Shown: in pieces, positions 1 to 9,308 of the stretch
Layout: each line of letters begins with the position of its first letter
How positions within the stretch are numbered: position 1 is the first letter of the stretch
Origin: a virus
Lineage: Duplodnaviria > Heunggongvirae > Uroviricota > Caudoviricetes
IMG/VR virus record: IMGVR_UViG_3300026549_000047
Location: 52,158-116,157 of that record
DNA length: 64,000 nt
Reading direction: 5' to 3' (one strand)
Notes under the pieces: generated by a model
What the model saw: only the letters and a program-made list of their open reading frames with translations
What the model was told of the DNA's origin: nothing
Databases searched by the model: none
Program-made: the position numbers and the translations under genes

Positions 1-1605
1 AATAGTGTCGTTGTCGTTAATTTCAAAAGTATTTTCGATACTATTAAATACACTAAATCTGTCCTTATAGTCAATTTGTTGAATATCAAAAGCTCTCTTT
101 TCAGAGATCATGACTAAGTGATTAATAACTACTTTTGGTGTTTTTCCTGCATGCCGGTTTATACCCACGTAGTCATCTTTATACTTACGGTCACTTACTC
201 GATCTGTAAAGACTTGAGTTAGAACCTCTTGATCAGTTGAGGTTTGCCATGTAGAAATTATTCGATTAGTTATTTCAGTCTTTTTAGCTATAACCATTTC
301 GTATTTCTCTTTATCCATTTTCTCTTTCCTCTCTTCTGCATTCTCTGCTTTATCATTTCTGATAGTTTTGTAGTAGAACTCAGCAGAGTTTTTCCATGGG
401 TTCTCCGTTAATCTTTGCCTTCCTAGTATTTGTGGAAGATCCAAGCTTATATCTACACTAAGGCAATCTACATTAGCGTCTGAGAAGATGAAAGTTCTAG
501 CATTATCAGAGTAGAAATCAGCACCAAGATAAACAGTTCTTGTACAAAGCGTAAACATTTTTCTTGGTTCTCCCTTTAGAGGAACTTTTCCAATAGTCCA
601 TGCTCTGCCTATTTCCTTTTGAATCTTTTTTAGATTATCGGGGGTATTACTACATAAGATTGTTGTTTCATCCGGAGTTAGGTTACATTTTTTTATGATC
701 TGTGTGATATTTTTGACAGAATTAACATAAATCATGGCCTCTCTCGAAACAACTGTTTTTACTTGACCTGTCTTTTTATCAACCTGACTAAAGGTTTCGA
801 ATCTTCCGCTCTTGTAATCAGCACAGATCTTTCTGGCTGGAGTGTAGATAGAGTTTATTATTCTTACCTTTAAGTTTGGTTTTCTAATGCGGCTAGGGTC
901 TGCACTCTCCCAATCTAGTTCGTAATAAGGAAGATTAGCAAACTCTGGAATCATAGCCAAATATTGATCAAGCATGGGAGTAGCGGAGACATAACAAACT
1001 TTCTGCACACCCTGTAAGACATTCACGAACTCTAATTCAACGTCTGCTTTAAATCTGCTGTCGGTAAAAATTGACTGAAACTCATCAATAATCACTTGAT
1101 ACCTGTCAAATTCTTCTAGAATATCTTTAAGAATTCGAAAAGAATCATAAGTAACGAGTACTTTAATAGGTTTGCCGTGAAACCGTCTATCGAGAATATA
1201 ATTTCCCAGTTCGACCCTAAGTTTTTCAGTAAAGACTCTTTCATCCTCTTTTCTTTGGGTTTCTAAGTCGTTTAGGTATTTCTTTTTCTCTTCTTCAGTC
1301 ATTTCTCTCGTTGGATCATCTTCTCCTTCTGGCTTGTCAATTTCCTTGTCTACTCCCAAGTCCACGTCATACTTATCGTTGTGTACTCTAAAAACCTCTC
1401 CTAAGTGTTGTTCCCACTTATTTAGAATCAACATATTTCTAGGACTACACAAAATAGTATCTTGGTTATTAGTCAAACACCATTCAGTAAATCCACACCC
1501 AGGAATTTGTTTGTCCATGATGTGTGGATGCTGTGGTAATTCAAATTCTTTCCAATCACCAATGTACCTGATTCCGGCAGGTACCACCAATACGTTTTTA
1601 GTCAT
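1..1605 (-). CDS. SF2 helicase-like ATPase, 3' part cut by window edge; paralog of 57085..59265
   Basis: ATG at 1603-1605 preceded by AGGA. Translation MTKNVLVVPAGIRYIGDWKEFELPQHPHIMDKQIPGCGFTEW...VIIDEFQS...VCYVSATPM has helicase-like motifs: Q-motif, degenerate motif I PGCGFT, Ia-like LCSPR, II DEFQ, III SAT. About 40% identical to the 57085..59265 product, with identical blocks such as GVQKVCYVSATPM. Confidence 0.6.
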   Translation of the reverse strand, partial: MTKNVLVVPAGIRYIGDWKEFELPQHPHIMDKQIPGCGFTEWCLTNNQDTILCSPRNMLILNKWEQHLGEVFRVHNDKYDVDLGVDKEIDKPEGEDDPTREMTEEEKKKYLNDLETQRKEDERVFTEKLRVELGNYILDRRFHGKPIKVLVTYDSFRILKDILEEFDRYQVIIDEFQSIFTDSRFKADVELEFVNVLQGVQKVCYVSATPMLDQYLAMIPEFANLPYYELDWESADPSRIRKPNLKVRIINSIYTPARKICADYKSGRFETFSQVDKKTGQVKTVVSREAMIYVNSVKNITQIIKKCNLTPDETTILCSNTPDNLKKIQKEIGRAWTIGKVPLKGEPRKMFTLCTRTVYLGADFYSDNARTFIFSDANVDCLSVDISLDLPQILGRQRLTENPWKNSAEFYYKTIRNDKAENAEERKEKMDKEKYEMVIAKKTEITNRIISTWQTSTDQEVLTQVFTDRVSDRKYKDDYVGINRHAGKTPKVVINHLVMISEKRAFDIQQIDYKDRFSVFNSIENTFEINDNDTI

Positions 1606-1819
1606 ATATCCTTTAATTTATATTTTATTTGTCCAAAAGAAATAATCCCCACTTGCGAAAGTTAGGATTATTTTATCTATCATATATAAGGGTTTTATAC
1701 CTTTTCTAGACGTAAAAATAAAAAGGGACACTACGGTCCCACCTTCTTTTCCTCCTTTCTTTCTCATTAATAAGGTTTTCACAGCCTTATAGGTGTAATA
1801 ATTAAATAACTTTTTATTT

Positions 1820-2320
1820 ATGTGTAGATTTTGTGAGAAATTAGCTTACGGAGACGAAGAACATAAAATGATTGAGCCATTGGCTGAAACAAAGAATATT
1901 GTACTAGCTATCGATGATATTAACTCCCCAATTTATAAGAGAACAAATGACGCCACTATGACTGTCTATAACTCAGCTACCTCAGAGACGGATCAGATCG
2001 GAATTAACTATTGTCCTAAGTGTGGGCGACCTCTAAGAAAAATTCAAACCCACCCGATCACTAGAGAAGCTTTCAAAGGAAATGACTGGATTGTAGATGT
2101 GTACCCAGGGCGAGAGGTTTATATTCACAAAAACAAGAAGGGCGTTTTTGCTAGAGTTATAGCTTATGCTAACGGAAGGACAGACCTAGTTGTACACGAT
2201 GGTGATAAAACTACTGTTGAGGGTTTTAGGGCTCAGGTTCGTGTAGAGACTCTGGAGGATATTAAAGTTGTCCTTGGAGTGTATGGACTCACTACTCGGT
2301 TCGACTATGAAAATCTTTGA
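1820..2320 (+). CDS. hypothetical protein with CxxC...CxxC zinc-ribbon
   Basis: 166 aa ORF; CRFC and CPKCG pairs; tight spacing to neighbours. Confidence 0.5.
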   Translation: MCRFCEKLAYGDEEHKMIEPLAETKNIVLAIDDINSPIYKRTNDATMTVYNSATSETDQIGINYCPKCGRPLRKIQTHPITREAFKGNDWIVDVYPGREVYIHKNKKGVFARVIAYANGRTDLVVHDGDKTTVEGFRAQVRVETLEDIKVVLGVYGLTTRFDYENL

Positions 2321-2549
2321 ACACTATAAAACCCCTGACGATCTTTACTACATTGTATTATCTTATGTAGAGAGACATTGTCTGGAGTTCAGAGATAGTC
2401 CATATCGCCCTCCCGGAACACCTGCTCCAAAGAGAGTTAGGGACCTGACCTTAGAGGAGTTTAAGAAGTACGCTAAAGAGGCGACCGATTATTATATGTC
2501 AAAAACAGAACCCTCCACGGAGGAAGAATTTATAATGAGCAATGACTGA
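2268..2549 (+). CDS. hypothetical protein (true start probably the internal Met near 2304)
   Basis: ORF overlaps the previous gene's 3' end in another frame; no recognisable motif. Confidence 0.35.
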   Translation: MSLECMDSLLGSTMKIFEHYKTPDDLYYIVLSYVERHCLEFRDSPYRPPGTPAPKRVRDLTLEEFKKYAKEATDYYMSKTEPSTEEEFIMSND

Positions 2550-3012
2550 CTTACAGAAACAGATTGACGAGAAATGGAAACTTGTCGAGGAAAAGCGACT
2601 TAAGTATGAAAAGGCAGAATCTGAGCGTAATTCGCTTAGAGATGACTACTATGAATGTAGGAGGAGTATTAATGACGAGATAGAAGAGCTTAAGCGAAAA
2701 GATGCCCTAGAGAGATATGGTTTCTATATTGGCCAGTACTTCGTAACAGAGGATAATCATTCCTGGACCATGTTAGGAAGAATAACTGGAATATATCAAG
2801 GAGGCAATTCCTTTACCTATGAAGGATTCAGGTTAGAGATAAAAGAGAAGAAGGAGAACTGGGATCTTTCTATCAGCCACTTTAATACGAATACAATAGA
2901 TATATCTGAACTAACCTATAAGAAGGAAGCAAGGCTTATCTCCAGAGACGAAGCGCTTCAGATACTATATAGGTATCAAAATCAATTCTCCAGTTTAGGG
3001 AAGGAGTTTTAA
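2542..3012 (+). CDS. hypothetical protein, N-terminal coiled-coil
   Basis: 156 aa ORF, ATGA overlap with upstream gene; charged heptad-like N-terminus. Confidence 0.5.
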   Translation: MTDLQKQIDEKWKLVEEKRLKYEKAESERNSLRDDYYECRRSINDEIEELKRKDALERYGFYIGQYFVTEDNHSWTMLGRITGIYQGGNSFTYEGFRLEIKEKKENWDLSISHFNTNTIDISELTYKKEARLISRDEALQILYRYQNQFSSLGKEF

Positions 3013-3036
3013 TAGCTCCTTTTCTTTTTTTTTTCG
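3000..3036 (+). terminator. rho-independent terminator
   Basis: AAGGAG-ttttaatag-CTCCTT hairpin followed by a T-run of more than 10 directly after the 2542..3012 stop. A second hairpin ACTCACG...CGTGAGT at about 3058-3090 with flanking T-runs may terminate the convergent minus-strand gene. Confidence 0.5.
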
Positions 3037-3166
3037 AGGACAAAAATAAAAAGAACTCACGACACAAAACTAAACGTGAGTCTTTGATTTTTTTGCTTAA
3101 CGCTATTTTCTGGTTAGCTTATCCTATATTATGTAACGCCAGGAGGCTTATTCTTTGGTATCACTG

Positions 3167-3685
3167 TTACCAAACTTCTATGATTCCGTTGGGTCTTTTC
3201 AACCAATAGGTTTCCTGACCTGTACTATCTTTTCCCATCCTGATTGGTGTATCGCACGGATAGCCTGTCTGTCGTCCTTGATTATTCCAAGGATAATCTC
3301 CCGGGATATAACCTGGGATCATTGGCTTTCCATAATAACCACCCGTGTTATAGGGATCTGATAGCATAGTCTTATAATAGGACGGATCAAACATACGATT
3401 TATGTTGTTCGCTACATCCATTACACCACCGAGTATATTCATTGTTCCACTCAGTGCCATTTGACCTACTCTTAACCCGTTCATTAGCTTTACTGACCCC
3501 TCACTCGGAGCCATAATAGGCATGGGTTCATCTGTAGGATCCTGCTGATTGTCTTCTTCGTTGTTCTTTAAAGTGTTCCCTCCACGACTAAGCTTACTTA
3601 GCCCAGCGTAAAGAGCTACACCCCCCACGATCGCAGCCAAGAGTTTGATACCAGTGGCAGCGATATTAATGTAATTCGCCTTCAT
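3167..3685 (-). CDS. membrane-anchored Gly/Tyr/Pro-rich hypothetical protein
   Basis: 172 aa; one N-terminal hydrophobic helix (IAATGIKLLAAIVGGVALYAGL); low-complexity G/Y/P-rich C-terminus. Confidence 0.5.
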   Translation of the reverse strand: MKANYINIAATGIKLLAAIVGGVALYAGLSKLSRGGNTLKNNEEDNQQDPTDEPMPIMAPSEGSVKLMNGLRVGQMALSGTMNILGGVMDVANNINRMFDPSYYKTMLSDPYNTGGYYGKPMIPGYIPGDYPWNNQGRQTGYPCDTPIRMGKDSTGQETYWLKRPNGIIEVW

Positions 3686-3869
3686 TGAGAGTTTTCGGAT
3701 TCGGTTATGTTCTGTCTAATGTTCTTCTTGTCCTGCCAAAAACTCCCTTGTTCTGTGTCTCTCGGTCTGTTCATCTTTAGGTAACTAACCCGTTCATTTG
3801 TTTAATTGTTAAAAATTGTTCTTCTTATATCAACGGCGCGCCAATAGCGTCATTTCATTCCTAAGGGTT

Positions 3870-4418
3870 TTATCTCGTATGCTTGTTTTCCGCTAGAGCA
3901 ATGAGACATTCCCTAACTTTGTCTAAGCATTTCCCCAGGAGATTCGTTCCTCTCCAGTTCTTTGGATCTTCACACTTAGGGTCTTCCCAACTTAAGCCAA
4001 TAGCCCAGATTCTATCGTATGGGGAGGCCTCAACAAAGTGTTTCTCTGCCCAATCAGGGTTGAGAAGTTTTGCTTTAAGGTCTGGATTCTGAGAATACTT
4101 AAGGAAGTTTCCATCGAACATTACTTTCTCTCTAATGGGTGCCCAAACGGCATCGTTATAACCCCTAACCTTTTGGCCAAGATTTCTTGCTTCCTGTGGC
4201 GTATTCACTAGGAGAATCTGTTTAGCGATCTCCCAATCTTTGAAAGTAATTGCTTTCCACCACATGAAGTATTGCTCCGTGCAGAAGAACTCTTGTATTG
4301 GAGTCCCTGTTATCTTCCCTATAATGGTTTTATCATCTAGGGTAACAAAGAAAGGAGCCCTCTTAAAATTACTGGGCCACTCTTTCCAGAAAAATACGTA
4401 ATCGTCTGTTATTCTCAT
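3870..4418 (-). CDS. NADAR-domain protein (YbiA/DUF1768 family), candidate ADP-ribosyl-guanine hydrolase
   Basis: FFWKEWPSNF...FCTEQYFMWWKA.F.D...AKQIL....P.EA..LGQKV...WAPIREKVMFDGNFLKYSQNPDLKAKLLNP...WRGTNLLGKCLDKVRE matches the NADAR signature blocks (FSNF, EHYFQ, KF, NLLG..LM.VR). Confidence 0.7.
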   Translation of the reverse strand: MRITDDYVFFWKEWPSNFKRAPFFVTLDDKTIIGKITGTPIQEFFCTEQYFMWWKAITFKDWEIAKQILLVNTPQEARNLGQKVRGYNDAVWAPIREKVMFDGNFLKYSQNPDLKAKLLNPDWAEKHFVEASPYDRIWAIGLSWEDPKCEDPKNWRGTNLLGKCLDKVRECLIALAENKHTR

Positions 4419-4423
4419 CTTCT

Positions 4424-4666
4424 CTAATCAAACCACTCAAGGCAACCTTCTGTGGATGCCCATATTTCTTCTTCTCCTGGGCGACCATGTCCTGCGTTCG
4501 TTGGACGTCCATGTTTTTCTGCCCACTCACGATATCCACAGTGACCTGATTCACTAGGTCTCTCCGAATCAAACCACATACATTGTCCACAACATGCATG
4601 ACCATAGTAGTGTTCGTGATCTTGGATCTCCTCATCGAAAATCCTTTTTCCTATCATGTTTCTCAT
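4424..4666 (-). CDS. small Cys/His-rich hypothetical protein
   Basis: 80 aa with HACCGQCMW...HCGY pattern; overlaps the alternative ORF 4369..4635, which is less protein-like. Confidence 0.35.
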   Translation of the reverse strand: MRNMIGKRIFDEEIQDHEHYYGHACCGQCMWFDSERPSESGHCGYREWAEKHGRPTNAGHGRPGEEEIWASTEGCLEWFD

Positions 4667-4667
4667 A

Positions 4668-4886
4668 CTAGTCGTCGTTATAATCCCTACAGTCGTCTGC
4701 CGGGGTTAGTGATTCAACCGCCTTTCCTTTCTTATGACACCACCTTTGATGCCAACCAATAGGATGAGAATCGCAGTCCCTGTTAGTGGGATCGCATACT
4801 GAATTCCAGCATCTTCCACATACTCGTCCGTATTCGTCTTCAGAGATTGCGTTGTCTAAGATCTGTTGTTTATTTGTTTTCTTCAT
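4668..4886 (-). CDS. small Cys-rich hypothetical protein
   Basis: 72 aa; CGRCWNSVCD...CDSH...WCH; good gene packing. Confidence 0.4.
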   Translation of the reverse strand: MKKTNKQQILDNAISEDEYGRVCGRCWNSVCDPTNRDCDSHPIGWHQRWCHKKGKAVESLTPADDCRDYNDD

Positions 4887-4930
4887 TACAGAAATAAGGG
4901 AGAGAACTTATACTGTCCCCTCCCTATCTA

Positions 4931-5329
4931 TTAGAGAATATTAACCATTCGGTCAAAGATCTTAGCTATACCAGCCCTATCTAAGAAAGCTGAATAGTTC
5001 CTGAAAACAGGAGTCCTTACCTTGAATTGAAGGATGGGAATGATGTCTCCTGCCACCCATACATCCAGTCGTCTTGCTTTTGGAATAAAAACCAACGACC
5101 CAAGATCCTGTTTAGGATAATCCGTTCCTGCCACAGTGAATCGATATACCTCATCCTCGTCGCTCTCCATTATCTCAAACCTTGGGGCTGTGACATTGAA
5201 TACAACTCGAACTGCTTCATACATAGCTTTCACTTTTAGGATGACCGATGATCCTCGCTCCTGTTGAAAAAACTTATTTGGGTCTTTAACAAGAGCAAAT
5301 TTTTGTTTAGTGTACTCTGTATTTAACAT
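4931..5329 (-). CDS. hypothetical protein
   Basis: 132 aa ORF in a co-directional operon; overlaps the next gene by 7 nt. Confidence 0.5.
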   Translation of the reverse strand: MLNTEYTKQKFALVKDPNKFFQQERGSSVILKVKAMYEAVRVVFNVTAPRFEIMESDEDEVYRFTVAGTDYPKQDLGSLVFIPKARRLDVWVAGDIIPILQFKVRTPVFRNYSAFLDRAGIAKIFDRMVNIL

Positions 5330-5787
5330 AGCTTTTTAATTTCTTCTATTATATCATCTAAGACTCCATCAAAGAATGATACTGGTTTGTCAGAGAATAT
5401 CCTGATTGTTCCAGGCTGTACCTCTACGAAGAGCTTGAATTCTAGGAGCCAAACATCAGACTTTCCCAAGAGCCCAAACTTTCTAAAGGCCCCTGAGATA
5501 AAGTCTACCTGACTGATGAGTGTCCAGCCAGTAATGTCTTTTTCTTTTAGTTCCGGATCTACCTCCAGGAGGAAATTATCCGACATTAATCTGGCCGGTG
5601 CATTTATATACTCAGAGACAGGTGCTTGGCAACAGAATTCAGTGGGTTGACCATTTGCCTTCAGGATGATGCTTCTTGTATCTGTTACGAATACAATAGC
5701 ACCTTCCTGAATTTTATCCCAACTCTTCTCTAAGTTTTCTCTTGAACTCATCCTAATAAATGAGATACCAGAATGAATACTAGCCAT
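5323..5787 (-). CDS. hypothetical protein
   Basis: 154 aa ORF, same operon. Confidence 0.5.
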   Translation of the reverse strand: MASIHSGISFIRMSSRENLEKSWDKIQEGAIVFVTDTRSIILKANGQPTEFCCQAPVSEYINAPARLMSDNFLLEVDPELKEKDITGWTLISQVDFISGAFRKFGLLGKSDVWLLEFKLFVEVQPGTIRIFSDKPVSFFDGVLDDIIEEIKKLC

Positions 5788-5791
5788 AACT

Positions 5792-8557
5792 TTATTTCAT
5801 CGTAACAGTTGTCACTCCAGAGTCGTTTAGGCTCAGGGTGAGAGACTTGTTATTGAAGGCTGGGATGCTCTCCATATGAGATGATATCATAATAAGACCA
5901 ACATTCATTTGATTGATCAAATCAAGTACTACATCATGGTTTCCTGCATCGAGGTGCTTTAAGAATTCGTCCATGACCAAGAGACCCATCCTGGTAACAA
6001 TCTTCGAGAGGAAGTCTACATCCAAGAGCGTCTTCTGACCTTCACTACAATTCTTATACTGAACTGGATTACCATAGAGCATGTAGTATGACTCTAGATT
6101 GAGATGATCTTTTCGATTGCCTTTACCTTCAGTCTCTATAATACCGTATTTAATACGATTATCACTGAACTGTTCTGCCAGGCGAGACATAATCTCCTTG
6201 TAGATAACTCCCGTTGGACCAGTCAGTTTAATGTATTCCTGGTAAGCAGCTACTACCTGACTCATCTGATCAATCTGTCCCTGATATTCAGTCAAGGTTC
6301 TTTCGGCGTTAGCTCTATCCTCATTGAGGGTATTGTATTGTTGCCAACACATAAGGTCAGCCTCAACCCTAGCCATCTGATCCATGAAGTCATCTGGCAG
6401 TTCAACTTTCTCTGGGATTGGTCCAGTCTGAGAGATGTGCATATTAATCGTTGCTAGGGTTCCTTGGAGAGTTTCCAGCTCCTTTGTTATTCTTTCTATG
6501 TCACGTTTCTCTGAGACTAGTTCGCTGGTTTTTGCGTTAAGAGAGGATGTCGTATTTCTCAGGCCGGAATCAATATCTTCTTTTTCATGGTAGCCCGCAT
6601 CCCAGAACTCTTGATACACTTGTCCCTGCTTGGTAAGAAGTTCTTGAATCTTTTCGTCAAGTTCTCTCTTATGGGCTTCCAGGTGTTCATTGTTCTCAAT
6701 AGGTCTACCACAACCAGGACAGATCTTCTTCTGATCAAGTCCCTGCCGTTCCATATAGAGACGTCGTCCTTCTAGTTTAATCTCTTGGAGAGCAGATGTC
6801 TTAGTGGCAATCCAATCAAGGGTTTCCCTATTACTAGCGATTTCCTGATCTATATCGGCTACAGTTCTCTGTTGTCTCTGTTCCGCCATGAGAGAACTTA
6901 TTCGAGATTCTGTATTCTCTTTCTGTGCTTGGAGATTTGCCGTCATGGTCATAAACTGGTTATAGTTCACCCACTTTTTTTGTAGGATACTTCCAAGTTC
7001 CCTCTTTTCACGAAGTTCTTTTTCAGAAACTCCAGGAAGTTGAATATTATCCAGCTTAGTTCGGATATATCCCAAGAGTTCGCGAGTTTTATCAATCTCA
7101 GCCTTCCATCCTCTACAACTCTCTACGTATTTATTGTAGAGTTCTGTTGCGGTGTCGTTATAGGCATCAATCTTATCCATTTTATAAAACTTACTGATTA
7201 TTTCACTTTTCCTTTCGGGAGTGATGTCGCCAATAAGTTTCGGATGGTCGGAGTCGAAGAAGTAGATATCCATATAGTCGATGAAGGGGAACCTAACGTG
7301 CATGTCCTTTCGGAATTCTGTTACATTATTGTACTTCTGTGGTTCTCCGTTTATCCAGAATCCATACTTCTTAGAACCTCTTTGAATCTTATAACCATTT
7401 CCTTGGTACAAGAATTCAACCTCAGTTATACATTCTTTCGTACCGAACTGAACAAAGTCTTTCAGGCTAGAGTTTTCTTGGAATGCATATTTAATAGCAC
7501 TTAGGAGACTACTCTTACCAGAACCATTTGATCCTGTGATTAGAACTTTATCCATATCACCAAAGAATAGCTCAACCTCCTCTATACTTCGCCAGTTCTT
7601 ACAGTAGAATCTAGTGATGACAAAATTGAAGTCAACTTCTTTCTTGTCAATGTCCTTTATGTTCTTTAAGACCTCACTATGAATGTCCTTCAGTCCATTA
7701 TCTAGGATAATACCATTAACAAGTTTGTCAATTTCTTCCCAGGCAGGTACTTTGATATCCTTGACACCTCCTGAGATGCTTTGATTCTCTGGTTTATATA
7801 CACTCCATATGCCATTCTCTGGGTTCCAACCTTCTTCATCTCTGATTGATGTATGCTGGAATCTCATGAGATTGTTGTGGGGATTTAGGTTAACATATTC
7901 GATTTTCTTGGTACTACAGTCTAGGACAATTCCCGTTGAGTACTCGCTGTCTCCCATTTTACATCTCTGGGGGATACCGATTGAGATATACTTTCCTGTT
8001 CTCCCCGGCTTATGGATATCGCCGCATATGGCAATGTCGAATTTTCTTTCATCAAGTTTCTGAGAATGGAATTGATCCTCTTCACTGTAGCTGATAGTAG
8101 CATGAGTGAATAAGACATCCACTTTTCCACTTATCCAGGAGAGATCAAATTCTGGTCTCCAGTTATAGAATCCGATTCGACAACCATCTATGGTAGTTTC
8201 TTTTTTATCCGCATAGTAGAGGTTGGGTGGCAACATAACCGATAGGCAAGAGTCTGAAAATTCGATATCATTACTCTTAGCATCAGCATCATGGTTGCCC
8301 CAGATTATATAGCCAACTTTGAAATATTTCATTAACGTGTCAAGGAAGAGTTTAACCTCCGCTTGTACATACGGTCTAACTATACTTTTCTCTAGGGTAT
8401 CTCCAGCGATGACTATAACATCACAGCCATTTGCTTGACCAGCCTCTATTATGTTCTTACAGACTGTTCTAGTCTGATAGAGTCTATACTTTTCGCTTGG
8501 GTTTCTTTGTGGGTAATCGTGTATGTGAATATCTGCTATTGCTAGGATCTTCGTCAT
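5792..8557 (-). CDS. fused Mre11/SbcD nuclease - Rad50/SbcC ATPase (single 921 aa polypeptide)
   Basis: N-terminal calcineurin-like phosphoesterase motifs (IADIHIHD, GDTLE, GNHD). These are followed by a Rad50 P-loop TGSNGSGKSSLLSAIKYAF, a long coiled coil with CPGCGRP zinc hook, a signature SEGQKTLLD, a Walker B LLVMDEF and a D-loop. Confidence 0.8.
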   Translation of the reverse strand: MTKILAIADIHIHDYPQRNPSEKYRLYQTRTVCKNIIEAGQANGCDVIVIAGDTLEKSIVRPYVQAEVKLFLDTLMKYFKVGYIIWGNHDADAKSNDIEFSDSCLSVMLPPNLYYADKKETTIDGCRIGFYNWRPEFDLSWISGKVDVLFTHATISYSEEDQFHSQKLDERKFDIAICGDIHKPGRTGKYISIGIPQRCKMGDSEYSTGIVLDCSTKKIEYVNLNPHNNLMRFQHTSIRDEEGWNPENGIWSVYKPENQSISGGVKDIKVPAWEEIDKLVNGIILDNGLKDIHSEVLKNIKDIDKKEVDFNFVITRFYCKNWRSIEEVELFFGDMDKVLITGSNGSGKSSLLSAIKYAFQENSSLKDFVQFGTKECITEVEFLYQGNGYKIQRGSKKYGFWINGEPQKYNNVTEFRKDMHVRFPFIDYMDIYFFDSDHPKLIGDITPERKSEIISKFYKMDKIDAYNDTATELYNKYVESCRGWKAEIDKTRELLGYIRTKLDNIQLPGVSEKELREKRELGSILQKKWVNYNQFMTMTANLQAQKENTESRISSLMAEQRQQRTVADIDQEIASNRETLDWIATKTSALQEIKLEGRRLYMERQGLDQKKICPGCGRPIENNEHLEAHKRELDEKIQELLTKQGQVYQEFWDAGYHEKEDIDSGLRNTTSSLNAKTSELVSEKRDIERITKELETLQGTLATINMHISQTGPIPEKVELPDDFMDQMARVEADLMCWQQYNTLNEDRANAERTLTEYQGQIDQMSQVVAAYQEYIKLTGPTGVIYKEIMSRLAEQFSDNRIKYGIIETEGKGNRKDHLNLESYYMLYGNPVQYKNCSEGQKTLLDVDFLSKIVTRMGLLVMDEFLKHLDAGNHDVVLDLINQMNVGLIMISSHMESIPAFNNKSLTLSLNDSGVTTVTMK

Positions 8558-9081
8558 AGAGTAGACATTATCTGTTTATAGTTTGCCATCAGCCATTGGA
8601 AAGCAGCAAAGGAGTGTTTACAAAGGAGAGTTACTCCTCTCTTTCCTTTAGGTTCCTCAGTCATGGCTTGACCTAAGGTACCTCTAATCCACTCGTTCTT
8701 AAAGAGTGAATCGCGCTTATCCAAGAGATATGCACTTCGATACATAAAATCCGCACAGTCACAGTAAATTTTAACGCGATTCTCTGCCCAATCAGTCAGG
8801 GAGAAATCTGGGTCAATTTGAATATAGATATAGTGCGTATTTCCAGTATCTGATGTCACGGCCAGTTTAAGGGTTATATAAAATACTTTGAGAGTATTCT
8901 TCGTAAATAGATTCTTAAACTTACTAAGTGGCGTTTCTTCTTTCAGGGTATAGAATGTATCATCTAGACGAACAGCACATTTGGCAGCTCGATCTTGTCT
9001 ACCCTGATCAACCTTCATAAGTTCACCTAATGTATAGGGTTTCCCGAGTATATTATCAAGTAGTCCAGCCATATCTCTCAA
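8554..9081 (-). CDS. hypothetical protein
   Basis: 175 aa ORF, 4-nt overlap coupling with neighbours. Confidence 0.5.
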   Translation of the reverse strand: MRDMAGLLDNILGKPYTLGELMKVDQGRQDRAAKCAVRLDDTFYTLKEETPLSKFKNLFTKNTLKVFYITLKLAVTSDTGNTHYIYIQIDPDFSLTDWAENRVKIYCDCADFMYRSAYLLDKRDSLFKNEWIRGTLGQAMTEEPKGKRGVTLLCKHSFAAFQWLMANYKQIMSTL

Positions 9082-9308
9082 TGAATTTGGTTAATGTCGA
9101 CGAGAGGTTTAACATTTCCCGTCAAAGTTATCACTTGATTTTTATTTTTAATCCATAGCCCTGCAAAAGATGGGGCAGATTTATCTCTACCATTTCCACT
9201 ATATAGGGGTTCTATCTCGGATTTAGGAATAAAGATATTATCCTTAAAGAGGCGTTCTGTCTCGGGGTCAAACTTATAGACTCCAGCCTTACTTACTATC
9301 TCTATCAT
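9078..9308 (-). CDS. hypothetical protein
   Basis: 76 aa ORF, translationally coupled (ATGA overlaps) on both sides. Confidence 0.4.
   Translation of the reverse strand: MIEIVSKAGVYKFDPETERLFKDNIFIPKSEIEPLYSGNGRDKSAPSFAGLWIKNKNQVITLTGNVKPLVDINQIH

Noticed and set aside
4369-4635. Track ORF 4369..4635 (88 aa) overlapping 4424..4666.
   Set aside because: Almost fully overlaps the Cys-rich 4424..4666 ORF in another frame; the latter has the more protein-like composition.
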